DNA from: Leucoraja ocellata
Taxonomy: Eukaryota
Reading direction: 5' to 3'
Assembly (NCBI GenBank): GCA_036785375.1
Contig: JAWMAR010002018.1
Location: 1-64,000, forward strand
Length of the DNA stretch: 64,000 nucleotides
Under the pieces are notes generated by a model. The model was not told the origin of the DNA and searched no databases. It saw only the letters and a list, made by a program, of their open reading frames with translations. Below, in pieces: positions 1 to 10,878 of this stretch. The position numbers were made by a program, and so were the translations under genes. Every line of letters starts with the position of its first letter. Positions within the stretch are counted from its first letter, which is position 1.

Positions 1-217
1 GGAATTAATTCTCGCTCCGGTGAATATCGTATCGGGAGCAGTTAACCCGCTGGGCCGGCGTTCCAGTTAGTGACAGTTCTCGGTACAGGTGAACTAGAGC
101 ACAGACTGGTCCGCTCTGGGCTGGGCTAAACTGGACTGGGCTAAGCTTGTCTGAGCTGCGTCCTTCACACCCGCCGGCGAAACGCTTTCTGCCGCAATGC
201 AGCCGCCACTCGCTCAC

Positions 218-290
218 CGAGTCCCGTCTGAACTACTTGACGAGCCGCAGAGCAGCCGCGTGTGTTCCTCCGCCTTTGTCCAGACCTCCC
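218..290 (-). other. Candidate non-coding first exon of a minus-strand gene running out of the window (MLLT11 expected here by synteny)
   Basis: CpG-rich stretch with a good minus-strand donor TCG|GTGAGC (intron starts at 217). In human, MLLT11 lies head-to-head with CDC42SE1. No coding sequence is visible, so the identity is inference only. Confidence 0.3.
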
Positions 291-480
291 CCCTCATCTC
301 CCCTATCCCTCACTCTCCTCTCCCCCATTCCTCCCACCTCTCCCCTATCCCTCACTCTCCTCTCCCATCCCTCTCCTTCATCTCACCCACCCCTATCTCC
401 TCTCCCCCACCCCTATCTCCTCTCCCCCACCCCTATCTCCTCTCCCCCACACCTATCTCCTCTCCTCCTCCCCGATTCCT
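286..480. repeat. C/T-rich low-complexity minisatellite
   Basis: Repeated units CCCTATCTCCTCTCCCCCAC (20 bp, about 3-4 copies) and TCTCCCCTATCCCTCACTCTCCTCTCCC (2 copies). Confidence 0.9.
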
Positions 481-905
481 CGCTTGATACACCACAATCT
501 CTGTTTTTCTGAAATGAATCCCAGTTTCAATCAGGGATTCTGCTACAGCCGCGTTCCACTTAGTGACAGCTCCCGGTACAGGTGAACTGAAACACAGACT
601 GGTCCGCTCTGCATGGAGTCCATGTCCACTTCCCGAGCTTCACAATGTTGATCCCACCATTATCATTATATTATATGTTATCAGGCAACTGAATCATCCC
701 GAGGGCAGTGCTGAGCTGCCTCTTGGGTGACTCTTGCACTAAACGTTGTTCCCTCATCATATATCTATAGTCTGTAAATGGGTCGATTGCAATCAGTGTA
801 TTGTCTTTCTGATAACTGGTTAGCCAGCAACAAAAGTTTTTCACTACCTCGGTACACGTGACAAACTAAACGTAAAGTGAATTTACAACGCTCCTTGGCC
901 TACAG

Positions 906-1119
906 CAAGGGTTCCCAACCTGGGGTAAATTTCGCCTACCCAGGGGGTAAATTTGTCGATTCTGGATTTGTACATATTTGTTCTCATTGACTGACTGTTT
1001 TTGGTTCTGGTATACCCGTATCTGTTCATCATTAGTTGTTCATTAATAAGTGAAATCACATTAATATGCTATTAAAGTTGCCAGGGGTAAACGGGACGAA
1101 AAAGGTTGGGAACCCCTTG
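906..1119. mobile_element. hAT/Charlie-like non-autonomous MITE
   Basis: Terminal inverted repeats CAAGGGTTCCCAACCT (906-921) and AGGTTGGGAACCCCTTG (1103-1119). Internal GGGGTAAA repeats. Flanks GCCTACAG / GCCTTATG resemble a decayed 8-bp TSD. Confidence 0.75.
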
Positions 1120-1425
1120 GCCTTATGTTTCAACAAAAAGGTTTTTATCCCCGTTTATATCAGTATACGACAGATTAGTTCCTTATTCTTATTTTGGAAT
1201 ATTCGTACATTTGTTGCCATATATTAATCATCATCTATATTGTACCTCAATACAATAATAATAAAAAAAATTACTTCTCAGTCTGCCAGTTAAAATGATG
1301 TCACATGAGTTGTGATGTAAGCCGCATAGGACAATGCTGCTGCTAATGATGTCAGCATTGTTCAACTCAATGATTTCATTCAGTGATTTGTACACATGAT
1401 TTGCACAAAATTGTAGGAGGATTAG

Positions 1426-1950
1426 GCCCCTATCTGAGGAAGGACGTGCTGACTCTGGAGAGGGTCCAGAGGAGGTTTACAAGAATTATTCCAGGAATGA
1501 GTGGGTTAACATATGACGAGCGTTAGTTGGCACTGGGCCTGTAGTCGCTGGAGTTTAGAAGAATGAGAGGGAACCTCATTGAAACATGCAGAATAGTGAA
1601 AGGCCTGGATAGAGGGGATGTGGAGAGGGTGTTTCCACTAGTGGGAGAGTCTAGGACTTGAGGTCAAAGAATCAGAATGTAAAGGATGTTCCTTTAGGAA
1701 GGAGATGGGGAGGAATTTCTTTAGTCAGAGGGTGGCGAATCTGTGAAATTCTTTGCCACAGACAGCTGTGGAGGCCAAGTCAGTGGATATTTTTAAGGCA
1801 GAGTTATATTCTTGATCAGTACAGGTGTCAGGGGTTATGGGTAGAAGGCAGGAGAATGGGGTTAGGAGGGAGAAATAGATCAGCCATGGGTGAATGATGG
1901 AGTAGACTTGATGGGCCTACTGGCTTAATTCTGCTCCTATCACATGACAT
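1426..1950 (+). mobile_element. CR1-clade LINE 3' fragment
   Basis: Encodes a typical CR1 ORF2 C-terminus (LERVQRRFTRIIPGM..., LEFRRMRGNLIE...) followed by the CR1 3' UTR. Confidence 0.85.
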
Positions 1951-1952
1951 GA

Positions 1953-2480
1953 TTGATTAGCAAGTTTACAGATGATACAAAAATTGGAATAGAGTTATAT
2001 ATAGGGAGTGAATAACCAAGTATCCAGCTGGAAGTAGATCAGTAGGAAATATGACAAAAAAATGGCAGTTGGAGTTTAATCCAGACAAATGGCAGATAGA
2101 AATAAAGATCCACAGATGCCGGTTTATACCAAAGATAGACACATAGTGCTGGAGCAACTTAGTGGGTCAGGCAGCATCTCTGGAAAAAAGGATGGGTGAT
2201 GTTTTGGGTTGTGATCCTTCTTCAGATGTTGTACTTTGGGAGGTCAAATGTAAGAGGAAATTATAAAGTAAATGTCCGGCCTCTGAAAGGCATTGATGTA
2301 CAGAGGGATCTTGTGGTGCAAGTCCACAAGTCCCTGAAAGTGGTCACACAAGAGGATAGGTTGGTACAGAAGGCGTGCTACATGCTGGCCTTGATTTGGC
2401 AAGGTGTTGAGTATAAATATAAATGTTCTAAAACCTTGCTTAGGCCATTTTTAGAGTATTGTGTGCAGTTCTGTTGACCG
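1953..2480 (+). mobile_element. Degenerate CR1 RT fragment interrupted by a short Penelope-terminus insert (about 2105-2226)
   Basis: ATTAGCAAGTTTACAGATGATACAAAAATTGG (ISKF-DDTKIG) and ...LLRPFLEYCVQF. The insert matches the dispersed AGACACA...CTTCTTCAGA family. Confidence 0.75.
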
Positions 2481-2497
2481 CTTTAAAGGACAGTGTC

Positions 2498-3892
2498 AGG
2501 GTGAGGATGAGTGTAGGGTGTTGGGGTGAGGGTGTGAGGTGAGGGTGTTGGGGTGAGGTGTAGGGGTGAGGGTGTGAGGTGAGGGTGTTGGGGTGAGGGT
2601 GTGAGGTGAGGGTGTTGGGGTGAGGGTGTGAGTGTTGGGGTGAGGGTGTGAGGTTGGGGTGTAGGTGTTGGGGTGAGGGTGCGAGGTGAGGGTGTGAGGT
2701 GAGGGTGTTGGGGTGAGGGTGTTGGGGTGAGGGTGTAGGTGTTGGGGTGAGGGTGCGAGGTGAGGGTGTGAGGTGAGGGTGTTGGGGTGAGGGTGTAGGT
2801 GTTGGGGTGAGGGTGTAGGTGTTGGGGTGTAGGTGTAGGGGTGAGGGTGTGAGGTGAGGGTGTTGGGGTGAGGGTGTGAGGTGAGGGTGTTGGGGTGAGG
2901 GTGTAGGTGTTGGGGTGTGGGGGTTGGGGTGAGGGTGTTGGGGTGAGTGTGTAGGTGTTGGGGTGAGTGTGTAGGTGTTGGGGTGTGGGGTGAGGGTGTG
3001 AGGTGTTGGGGTGAGAGTGTAGGTGTTGGGGTGAGGGTGTTGGGGTGTGGGGGTTGGGGTGAGGGTGTGAGGTGTTGGGGTGAGAGTGTAGGTGTTGGGG
3101 TGAGGGTGTTGAGGTGTTGGGGTGAGGGTGTTGGGGTGAGGGTGTAGGTGTTGGGGTGAGGGTGTAGGTGTTGGGGTGTTGGGGTGTAGGGGTTGGGGTG
3201 AGGGTGTAGGTGGTGGGGTGAGGGTGTAGGTGGTGGGGTGAGGGTGTAGGTGTTGGGGTGAGGGTGTGAGGGTGTAGGTGTTGGGGTGAGTGTGTGAGGT
3301 GAGGGTGTGAGGTGAGGGTGTGAGGTGTTGGGGTGAGGGTGTTGGGGTGAGTGTGTGAGGTGAGGGTGTAGGTGTTGGGGTGAGGGTGTGAGGTGTTGGG
3401 GTGAGAGTGTAGGTGTTGGGGTGTTGGGGTGAGGGTGTGAGGTGTTGGGGTGTTGGGGTGAGGTGTGAGGTGTTGGGGTGAGGGTGTAGGTGTTGGGGTG
3501 AGGGTGTGAGGTGTTGGGGTGAGGGTGTAGGTGTTGGGGTGAGGGTGTGAGGTGAGGGTGTTGGGGTGAGCGTGTAGGTGTTGGGGTGAGGGTGTGAGGT
3601 GTTGGGGTGAGGGTGTAGGTGTTGGGGTGAGGGTGTAGGTGTTGGGGTGAGGGTGTAGGTGTTGGGGTGTTGGGTTGAGGGTGTTGGGGTGTAGGTGTTG
3701 GGGTGAGGGTGTGAGGTGTTGGGGTGAGAGTGTAGGTGTTGGGGTGAGGGTGTTGAGGTGTTTGGGGTGAGGGTGTTGGGTGGTGTGAGGTGTAGGGTGG
3801 AGTGTGAGTTGGGTGTGAGGTGTGGGGTGTAGGTGTTCAGGTGTCAGGGTGAGGGTGTAGGGTGTGGGGGGTGTCAGGGTGAGGGTGTGAGT
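2498..3892. repeat. G/T-rich tandem array built from hexamers (GGTGAG, GGTGTA/GGTGTG, GGTGTT, GGGTGT) forming about 18-bp higher-order units
   Basis: Directly visible repetition of GGTGTTGGGGTGAGGGTGTA/GA. There are almost no C on the + strand over about 1.4 kb. Confidence 0.97.
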
Positions 3893-4019
3893 GGGCAAAG
3901 GAACTGCAGATGCGAGTTTAGACCGAAGACAGACACAAAATGCTGGAGTAACAGCGGGACGGGCAACATCTCTGGAGCGAAATAATGGATGACGTTTCGG
4001 GTTAAGACCCTTCTTCAGA
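3893..4019 (-). mobile_element. Penelope-derived short insert with a hammerhead-like core
   Basis: GGAACTGCAGATGC...AGACACAAAATGCTGGAGTAAC...GACGTTTCGGGTTAAGACCCTTCTTCAGA. The minus strand reads CTGAAGA-A-GGGTCTTAACCC-GAAAC-GTC (3991-4018). Confidence 0.8.
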
Positions 4020-4119
4020 GTGTCAGCTTGTCCCAAACCACTGAATGCAGCGTCTTGTCTTGTCTTGTCTTGTCATGGAGGTATCTGTACAAAGGCTTGC
4101 CATTTATTCTGGTGCTAAC

Positions 4120-5220
4120 GGCTTGTCCAAGGCCCACCTCTCCGGCGGCTGTGCGCTCGCTATACCCCGAGGTGGCGCTCTCTCTGTCTGAATCACTCGT
4201 GGGAAAGGGCGAGAGAGGCCGCACTGACTCTCTCTCTCTCTCTCTCACACTGGGCGAGGGTTGAGCCACACCTCACAGCGCAGGGCAGGGCAGGATCCGG
4301 CCGAGGAACAAGGAATGGCCTCTCTTCGTATTTGTTGATATTTCTGTTGAGACGACCTTGACTTTCAGCCGTTTGGAGCTGGAGCCGCCGGTGAAGGGTA
4401 AGTCAAGAGTAAAAGTTGAAATCCCCTTTCATTTCCTGTATCGAAACGCGAAGCCAAGTGTTCCTGTCGTCGGAACTCTTGTAGCGACTGGTTGAGTGGG
4501 ACTGCCGGCGCCCAGACCAGCTTCTCCACACAGGCGAGTGGAGGTGAACAAGAGAGGCAGGGACTGGAAAAAGTTTCCATCTTTGCTTAGGTTTTATGCG
4601 GGTTGGAGTCACTTCCTGAAGGGCCGTGGTTTTTACACACACGGGCTGTGGATTTGGCGGCGGCCGCACCATTTCTCTGTTTTATTTCGAAAATGAATTT
4701 TCACTGAAACCTGTGTGTGAGTCGGGGGGAGAGAGGGGGAGGGGGGGGGCGTTGGGTTTCCCACGCCGAAGGCGACACACTGGCGAGCGGGCGGGCACTT
4801 CGCTTCCAGTGGAATGCGATTGAGCAAAGGTTGAAAGTGCCTGTCTTGTTGGTGCAATGGATGCCACGGGCAGCGGCTGAGCAACGGCCGTGTTGTAAGA
4901 CTAGTCTCGCTACCTCCCTCGCCACACTTCCTCTTTGCCCGCCCGTAGACTCTGGTTGGTTGGTTACTCAATCTTGTCAACTTGGCTCCTCTGACCTGTT
5001 CTATCCCGGGCATTCGCGACTACCCCTGGGTCTCTGTCCCCTTCCTTCCATCACAAGCGAAAGCAACACTTACATTTCTCTAGCGCCGTTCGCCACGCCA
5101 GGAAATCCCAACGCATTTTTTCCCAAAATTGAGTGCCTGTGAAATGGAAGCATTATTCCCCTGGGCCGCTCCCAGCAGTTCGCTTAGTTTACACACCGTC
5201 ACCTTTATGTCGACGAGTCT
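4120..5220. promoter_or_regulatory. CpG-rich promoter region of CDC42SE1
   Basis: High CpG density against the CpG-depleted background. Contains a (CT)n tract and a strong donor AGG|GTAAGT at 4397/4398. Confidence 0.7.
4230..4397 (+). other. CDC42SE1: CDC42SE1 non-coding exon 1 (start approximate)
   Basis: Consensus donor GAAGG|GTAAGT inside the CpG island upstream of the first coding exon. Confidence 0.55.
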
Positions 5221-5797
5221 GGGTTTAACACAGTGCCGCCGACATTCTCTTCACAAGCAGAGCTCCACAGGTTGAATCTGTTATTTCCGATGATGTGGGC
5301 AGTTTATTGTACATTTCATTGCCTCTCAGCGCTGGGTGTTCAGACATTTCTCTTTCACCAGACTGATTTACATGTTCTCCAAGGACGTTCGAGAACCAAT
5401 TACCAACTTCAGTCACACAGCGCATAAACAGGCCCTTCAGCCCGACCTGTCCACGCCTACCAAGATGCCCACCGACACCAGTCCAACTACCTGCCATATC
5501 ACCCTCAACGTTTCATAACCATGTATTTGTCCATATGTCTCTTAAAAGTTGAAGTGCCTGCCTTATTTGGTGCTCCTGCTGTAACCGCAAACGTAGAAGT
5601 TTGAGGCTCCTGCAGACACGATTGCCAGCCAATAATGTAGAACCCAAAACGCCCAGTGTCTGTTCTTCCATCTGACATGCACAAGGTAAAACACACACAC
5701 AATGTTCAGTTGTTCTAATGGTTTTGATCGGCCAAGCTAAAGTGTATCAATAGGTCAACTGGCAGTGAGGATTTCATCAGAATACAAACAAACGGGA

Positions 5798-6032
5798 GTA
5801 GGAAGGAACTGCAGATGCTGGTTTAAACCAAAGAGACAAAGATAGACACAAAATGTTGAAGTAACTCCGTGGGATAGACAGCATCTCTGGATAGGGATGG
5901 GTGACATTTTCGGTCGAGACCCTTCTTCAGACTTGAAGAATGTCTGAAGGGCCTCAACCCGAAACGTCACCCATTCCTTCAACCCATAGATGATCCCTGT
6001 CCCACTGAGTTACTTCAAAATTTTGTGTCTAT
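5798..6032. mobile_element. Fold-back (inverted dimer) Penelope-terminus element
   Basis: Left arm ...GGTCGAGACCCTTCTTCAGAC is the reverse complement of right arm GTCTGAAG...CCCGAAACGTCACCCATTCC...TTTTGTGTCTAT. Confidence 0.8.
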
Positions 6033-7519
6033 TTTAGGCAGATCGAGTCCACACACAAGATTAGAAATTGTTCAGCCAGAGCTGAAACACGCGTCTCGCA
6101 ATCTACATACAATGGTGTCTGTCTTGTTGCTTCTTGTACGTGGTGGTGGAAACAGGGCCGCAACATGAATGCTCTTTCCTTAACCCCATCTTAGGAGCAG
6201 GTCAATTATCCACATTGAGAATTTCTCCAGCATTCAATAAGATCATGGCTTGCCTTCAATATGACTCTCCCACACTCTTGTTATTTAAATATCTATCAGA
6301 TTTTGTCTTTAAAATATCCAGTGGTTCAGCCTCTGCAGCTGCCACAACTAAGCCTCTGAAATTAGGCCCACCCTAATTGTAGATGGCCCCACAAGAGAAA
6401 ATATCCTCTTGGCATCTACCCTGTCAATCTCACTTATTTTTTATGTTGCATAAAATCGCTACTCATTCCTCTAATCCCTCTAAGATTAACTTTAACATAG
6501 GGCTGGGACAGAAGCATAAACTATATGCAGTACTCCAGGTGTGAAGTCACATCAACATTCCCCCACTTTTATACTCCATGCCCCTTGTAATAAAGACCTG
6601 CTGTACCTGATGCCCCCCTCTGTGCATCAGGTAGGAGAACTCCCAGGTCACAGTATATTGTGGTCTCATTTCATTAGATTAAATCTCATTAAATTGCTTT
6701 TTCATTCTTTCAAAATGGAGAATTGCAAATTACATTGAACTCCTTATCCCATGTGAGTTTTGAGGTAGAGATCAAAATTTATTTCAAACCCTGAAAACTT
6801 GTTCCACCATTGCATTGTAAATATATTTTAAATAGAAGCAGAAGTAAACGGTTCAGTCCCTTGTGTCTGACTGACCATCCAACACAATCATGGCTGTTTG
6901 TCTAGTTCTGCATAACCCCATCCGCACTGAGTTCCTGAATCTCGCTCTCCCTATCATGAATACACACAGCGATCGAGTCTCTATTGTCCTCTTGAGGAGA
7001 GAATTTAAAAGGTTTGCTCTCCACAGCGTAACAACATTTATTTGTTGTAAAGAGTGGATCCTTTATTTTGACAGTCTTGGCTGCAAGTTGTAGACAGTCT
7101 GCTCAGAGAAATGTTAACCCTGCATCTATCGATCAAGTCCTTCATTGACCTCGTATTCTTCAGGATGCTAGACTGGGATACTAGCTATCTGAAGACATTA
7201 GGCAAGCCTATAGGTTGTGGAAACATTCAGACGGTACCAGTGTAAGGCTGCAGTATAATCAGATTTCTCTCTCCTTGATTTAATTTGTCCTTTAACCAGC
7301 AAACCAGTCCGACCTCTTTCCCTTTGGGTGTGGTATCAAAATATATTGCCATCCACCAATAATGTCTCCAAGATCTTGGGTTTTTTTTGGCCTGGTCTAA
7401 CATCTGTTCACTACTACGATTTGCTGGTGTGCCTCGACTGCTGTTGTGGGATCTTGCAATACAAACAAGCTGTCACGAATCCTGCATAACAAAAGTTACA
7501 CACCTCTGAATTGTCTTTG

Positions 7520-7639
7520 GTAGACACAAGATCTGGAGAAACTCAGCGGGTGAGGCAGCATCTATGGAGAGAAGGAATAGGCAACTTTTCGGGCCGAGAC
7601 CCTGCTTCAGACTGATGTCGAGGGGGGGGGGGGGGGGGG

Positions 7640-7673
<34 letters not shown>

Positions 7674-7848
7674 GAGGCAGACAGTAGACTTCCTTTCTAT
7701 CCCGCCCCCCGACATCAGTCTGAAGAAGGGTCTCGACCCAAAACGTTGCCTGTTCCTTCTCTCCTTAGATGCTGCCTCACCTGCTGAGTTTCTCCAGCAT
7801 TTTGTGTCTACATTTGATTTTTCCAGCATCTGCAGTTCTTCCTTAAAC
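7520..7848. mobile_element. Fold-back Penelope-terminus element with a central poly-G/(GA)n spacer
   Basis: Arms GTAGACACAAG...CTTCAGACTGATGTCG and CGACATCAGTCTGAAGAAGGG...TTTGTGTCTAC are inverted copies. They match the 3' end of the GIY-YIG-bearing element at 27186-27790. Confidence 0.85.
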
Positions 7849-8324
7849 ATTCAGAATTGGCCTTTGTTAGATGTAATGTGCTTTTGCACCTCCTAAGGAT
7901 GTGACAACTGGCAGAAAGTGCAAAGACTTAGTATCATCTAGTTGTCTCTGTGGATCCCACAAGCTTTGTAACAAATTGCAGTTATTGCTATGCTGTATGA
8001 ATTACAGCAGGCAATCTGTGCATAGAAAACTCTTACACAAAGCAATGTAAGCATAGACCAACTTTCGCACTGTTAGTGTTATTTGATTGATAAATGTTGG
8101 CCCTGGGGACTGGGTGAACCTCCATCGCTTTGAAACAAAGAGCAGGAGATACTTTTACAGCTGGCTGAGCGAGTAGATGAAGCTTTTGTTTTATGGACGG
8201 TCCGTCCAAGAGTAATGCATTGCTTCACCAACACTAGTCCTCTGGCACTGCTGAATTTATGCTTGAGTGACTGCAGTGGGCATTGAACCCATGATTACTG
8301 ACTCTTGGATGTGAAAGTAGGAGG

Positions 8325-9390
8325 TATGATTAGTAAGATGAACATTGATGTTGATAGAAACATAGACAAATAGGTGCAGGACTAGGCCATTTGGCCCTTT
8401 GAGCCAGCACCATCATTCAATATGATCATGGCTGATCATCTAAAATCAGTACTACGTTCCTGCTTTTGTTCCCCCATATCCCTTGCTTCCTTTAGCCCCA
8501 AGAACTATATCTAACTCTCTCTTGAAAACATCCAGTGGATTGACCTTCACTGCCTTCTGTGGCAGAGAATTCCAGAGAGGAGGGTTCTTTTAAACTAAAG
8601 ATTGATCAGCTGGTAAATTGTGCAGGGTAATTGCAGATGGAGTTTAATCCTGGTAAGTATGAGGTGATACATTTGGGGATTTGGGCAGGAGGGGGTAGGG
8701 TATATTTAATAAAGGTAGGAAATATACCATGAATGATTGGGAACTTGGGTGTATTGAGGAAGAAAGGGACCTTGGTGTTGAAGTAAAGATCTCTGAACAT
8801 AGCAGCACAGGGTTGTGACAAAGGCATACAGGATGCTGTCCATGTTCTCCAGATATGCTGCCTGACCAGCTGAGTTACTCTAGCACTTCACCTTTATGTA
8901 AACCACTATCTACAGTTCATTGTGTCTACACTTTATAAAACATTTATTAGGCCACAGATGGAATACTGTGTGGGATTGTGAACACCGCACCATAGGAAGG
9001 ATGTGATTGGGGTAGGAGGGTGCAGACAGCATTCACATGGATGTTGCCTGGGATGGAATTTTCAGTTGCGAGGAGAGACTGAACTAGTCTGGACTTGTTT
9101 ACCCTGGAGCAGAGGAGGTTAGAGGGAGACCAGTTAGAATAATGCAATATTATAAGAATTCTTCATAGGGTAGATTTCTTCCCCAAGTATATCCCAGAGA
9201 TTTAAGATAACGAGTAGATTTGGAAGAGATCTTCTGGAGAAGAATTCCTTCACCCAGAGGTGGATGGAATCTGGAAAGCATTCCTTGAGAAGGTGGTGGA
9301 GACGGGTACTCTCATCATTTAAGAAGCATCTGAATGAGCACTTGAATAGTTGCCAAGACATAATAGGCTACAGACTGTGCTGGTAAATGG
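8325..9390 (+). mobile_element. Degenerate CR1 LINE with nested inserts (antisense CR1 3' end about 8355-8577; Penelope-terminus piece about 8840-8930)
   Basis: Decayed CR1 motifs (TGCAGATGGAGTTTAATCC, TTAGGCCACAGATGGAATACTGTGTG, CTGGAGCAGAGGAGGTTAGAGGGAGACC). Confidence 0.7.
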
Positions 9391-10596
9391 GCTCAGGAAC
9401 AGCTTCTAACTCTGGTATCAGACTGCTGAATGGTTAGAGTGTTCTGCTATTCCAAGATTCATCTGGCTGGGTCTCACTTCTCATCCTTGAGTATAACTGA
9501 CTGTGCCAACATATCCTGAGGCTGTCACCTATCTCCCCCCACCTCCAACATTAATGCATGGTGTGAAGAAAGGTCCCGACCTGAAACATTGTCTATCCTT
9601 TTTCTCCGGAGATGTTGCCTGACCCGCTGATTTACTCCAGCACTTTGTGTCTATCAGTGGCTACTGATCTGTTTCGATAGCATGCAAAGCAAAGCTTTTC
9701 ACTGTACCTCGGTACACATTACAATAATAAACATAAACTATTTTTTTTATCCTTCCTTCTCCAATGTGTAACAATATATTCTGCACTGTTTATTTTTCTC
9801 AGTTCGCACTGCCGATTGTACTTGTGTGCGGTTTGATTGTACTCGCTCGTATATGGTATGATCTGACTAACAAAGACAACTTTTTCGCCATCTACATACA
9901 CATGACAGTAATAAACCATAAGGCTAAAACTCTTTCATTTTGATAGCTTTCCAAACCCCAAATAATCTGGTTGTCACTAGTCTAGTTGTAAAGGCCCAAT
10001 CAGATGTACGAGAGGAGTTTGGTCTCGGCATGCCTGGATTAATTTAAAATTGGATCGTATACAAAGATTAAAATCCCTTCACAAATCAGTTGAAATTAAC
10101 TTTGGTGGTCTCAGTAGTCCAGGAGATTCACTGCATGGGAGGAATATTATCTTTCATCCCTTCTCTTCAAAAGAAGCACTGGAATTTGCATGACACTGGA
10201 AACATTGCACTTCTAGCAGTAAAACATTCTTGGTGTTTCACAGGTTCTTGTAAAATGTTTCATGTTTAGATCATCACTCGACTGGCATGCCTGCATTCTC
10301 AGAAGTTTAGCTGACTAGTCCAATGCTCGGTTGAGACTTGTTATCAAGATTGGCTGATTAAATTAGAGGTCTTGACACAGGGGAAGGAAGGGTTCTGGTG
10401 TTCCACAAATCAATGCTTGGGAGAGAGGATGCCAGGTGAAGAAGGGAGAAAGAGTGATTTAATTCTGGGCTGCAATGAATTATCCATTTCTGTAAGAGCT
10501 AAATGTCTCTGTGCATTAGAGAGAATTCTGTTTTGTTGTTTCCTACCCAGAATTGATCCTGAAATTGAATTACTAATCGTCTTCTCCTCAAAGCAG

Positions 10597-10824
10597 GTTT
10601 CGATCCAGGTGTGAAGGGGAAATTTGATGTTCCAGGGAACTGCCTACCCTAACGTTGACATTCACCAATTGTGGACTTCCGCCCACATTGAAAGCAGCCC
10701 CCCTTACTTCAGTGTGGGTAGAGGGGGGTGAACCTCGTGGTCAACCTCTGCCTCCTGGACCTATTTCTTGTGAGAAAAGATTCACTGGGTCATCTGATTT
10801 TGTTTGGAGGAATCTTTTGGCGAA
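10597..10824 (+). other. CDC42SE1: CDC42SE1 exon 2, 5' UTR part
   Basis: Branch point TACTAAT (10571-10577), pyrimidine tract and CAG acceptor at 10596. Confidence 0.7.
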
Positions 10825-10878
10825 ATGAGCGAATTTTGGTTGTGTTTTGGCTGTTCGGAAGTGGAGAAGGCCCAGCCG
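10825..10878 (+). CDS. CDC42SE1: CDC42 small effector 1, coding exon 1 (MSEFWLCFGCSEVEKAQP)
   Basis: MSEFW start shared by CDC42SE1/2, Kozak GAAATGA, donor CCG|GTAAGC in phase 0. Confidence 0.93.

Noticed and set aside
147-585. Three overlapping Pro/Ser/Leu-rich ORFs
   Set aside because: Artefacts of the C/T low-complexity repeat.
2498-3892. Telomere or interstitial telomeric array; CRISPR-like array
   Set aside because: No TTAGGG runs, and no unique spacers between repeats. The context is a eukaryotic gene-dense region.
2483-4036. 517-aa His/Pro/Thr-rich ORF on the minus strand
   Set aside because: It is the translation of the G/T tandem array (a strand that cannot form stops) plus a Penelope terminus. 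There is no evidence of a real gene.
4095-4135. REST/RE1 site (GGTGCTAA and TTGTCC half-sites)
   Set aside because: The half-sites are in the wrong order and spacing for a canonical RE1. A match of this quality is expected by chance.
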